Assembly: GCA_963704165.1 (NCBI GenBank)
Contig: CAVPHD010000003.1
Span: 128,001 to 192,000, forward strand
Reading direction: 5' to 3'
Origin: an uncultured delta proteobacterium
Lineage (GTDB): Bacteria > Myxococcota_A > UBA9160 > SZUA-336
Length of the DNA: 64,000 nucleotides
The notes beneath the pieces are model-generated. The model was not told where the DNA came from. It saw only the letters and a program-made list of their open reading frames with translations, and ran no database searches. A program made the position numbers and the translations under genes. Numbering within the stretch: the first letter of the stretch is position 1; each line of letters starts with the position of its first letter. Below are positions 62,643-64,000 of the stretch, one piece after another.

Positions 62643-64000
62643 GCGTGCAACTCCCTCGAGGCCGCGGCGGGAAGGAGATCCCGGACGGCCGCGACCACTT
62701 CGCGCACCTTGAACGGCTTGCCCTGGACCTTGTTCAATCCGTGCGCATCGACGAGGAACTTGTCGCGCAGGATCGAGCGGAGCTGGCCGCTGTTGAGCTC
62801 CGCGACGAGCACGTGGCGATAACGCGCGAGCAGCGCTCCGACGTTCACCTGGAGCGGGCTCAGATAGCGGATGTGGAGATGGCCGACCGCGTGCCCCTCG
62901 GCCTGAAGCTGGAGCGCCGCCTGGCGCAGCGAACCGTACGTGCCGCCCCAGCCGACGATCAGCACGTCGCCCGCGGGCGGGCCATCGATCTGCGCGGGCG
63001 GCAGACGCTCCGCGATCTTGTCGATCTTCGTCTGGCGCATCCGGGTCATGTGCTCGTGGTTCTCGGCCTCGTAGGAGATGTCGCCGGTGACGTCTTCCTT
63101 CTCGATGCCACCGATTCGATGCTCGAGACCGGGCGTGCCCGGGACCGCCCAGGGACGAACGAGCCGCGCATCGCGACGGAAGGGCTCGAAGCCCTCGGGG
63201 TCGGTTCGGAAGGCCGTCTTGATCGGGACGAGCTCGTCGAGCGCGGGCAAACGCCAGGGCTCCGCTCCGTTCGCGAGCGAGCCGTCGGACAGATAGGCGA
63301 CCGGGCACATGTGCTCGATGGCGATCCGCACGGCCTGCACCGCAAGGTCGAAGCAGTCCGCGGGCGTCGCGGGAGCGACCACCGCGATCGGGCTCTCGCC
63401 ATTGCGCCCGACGATCGCCTGGAGAAGATCCGCCTGCTCGGTCTTCGTCGGCATGCCGGTCGAGGGTCCGGCACGCTGAACGTTCAGGACCACGAGGGGA
63501 AGCTCGACCGAGACTGCGAGGCCGATCGCCTCCTGCTTCAGCGCAAATCCCGGACCCGAGGTGCCGGTCACGCCGATCGAGCCACCGAACGAAGCGCCGA
63601 TCGCCGCCGCGACCGCTGCGATCTCGTCCTCGGCCTGAAACGTCGAGACTCCGTAGCGCCCGTATGCCGCCAGGTTGTGAAGCACGTCCGAGGCGGGCGT
63701 GATCGGATAGCTCGCGTACAGGATCGGCAGGTTCGCGAGCTTGCCCGCCGTGACGAGCCCGAGCGAGGTGGCCTCGTTCCCGGTGATGTTCCGATAGTGC
63801 CCGGGGCCGAGGCTCGCGGGCGGAATGGTGTAGGTGGAGTCGAAGAGCTCGAGCGTCTCGCCGAGGTTGTAGCCGGTCTCGAAGACCTTCACGTTCGCGG
63901 TGCCGAACTCGGGGTTCTTCGCGAACTTCTTCTGGATCGATTCGATCTCGCGCGCGGGCTCGCGACCGTAGAGCCAGAACAGCAGGCCGAGCGCGAAGAA
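62639..64000 (-). CDS. korA: 2-oxoacid:ferredoxin oxidoreductase alpha subunit (5'-truncated by the window edge)
   Basis: ITGNEA, YPITPASD, QAEDEIAA, TSGPG, QRAGPSTGMPTK.EQ.D, HRIGG.EK, ELN.GQL. Confidence 0.93.
   Translation of the reverse strand, partial: FFALGLLFWLYGREPAREIESIQKKFAKNPEFGTANVKVFETGYNLGETLELFDSTYTIPPASLGPGHYRNITGNEATSLGLVTAGKLANLPILYASYPITPASDVLHNLAAYGRYGVSTFQAEDEIAAVAAAIGASFGGSIGVTGTSGPGFALKQEAIGLAVSVELPLVVLNVQRAGPSTGMPTKTEQADLLQAIVGRNGESPIAVVAPATPADCFDLAVQAVRIAIEHMCPVAYLSDGSLANGAEPWRLPALDELVPIKTAFRTDPEGFEPFRRDARLVRPWAVPGTPGLEHRIGGIEKEDVTGDISYEAENHEHMTRMRQTKIDKIAERLPPAQIDGPPAGDVLIVGWGGTYGSLRQAALQLQAEGHAVGHLHIRYLSPLQVNVGALLARYRHVLVAELNSGQLRSILRDKFLVDAHGLNKVQGKPFKVREVVAAVRDLLPAAASRELHA

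Overview
A very GC-rich, gene-dense bacterial chromosomal segment. Gene content (TSP3/dockerin-like surface proteins, Hanks kinase, STAND cyclase, histone) suggests a Myxococcota/deltaproteobacteria-like lineage, which is an inference. I count about 48 protein genes and see no rRNA, tRNA, CRISPR array or mobile element. About 13 genes are broken by single-base indels (roughly 25-30 in total, some compensating), which most likely reflects uncorrected sequencing error rather than pseudogenisation. Highlights: (1) a bacterial histone with an N-terminal ZZ-type zinc finger (34018-34539), head-to-head with a membrane Ser/Thr kinase and about 1 kb from (2) a topoisomerase III-RecQ-HRDC fusion gene (29055-33052) whose fusion junction is in one continuous frame; (3) a SelW/Rdx-family selenoprotein missed by the ORF track (61246-61470; CxxU, in-frame TGA followed by a SECIS-like hairpin); (4) a recurrent TCAA-N16-NCCGA sigma28-like promoter motif upstream of four or five signalling/envelope genes; (5) a Zn-ribbon / helical protein / SPFH operon; (6) a 35-aa membrane micro-protein following the 2-oxoacid:ferredoxin oxidoreductase genes. 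The remainder is lipid/acyl-CoA metabolism, DNA repair and large secreted proteins.
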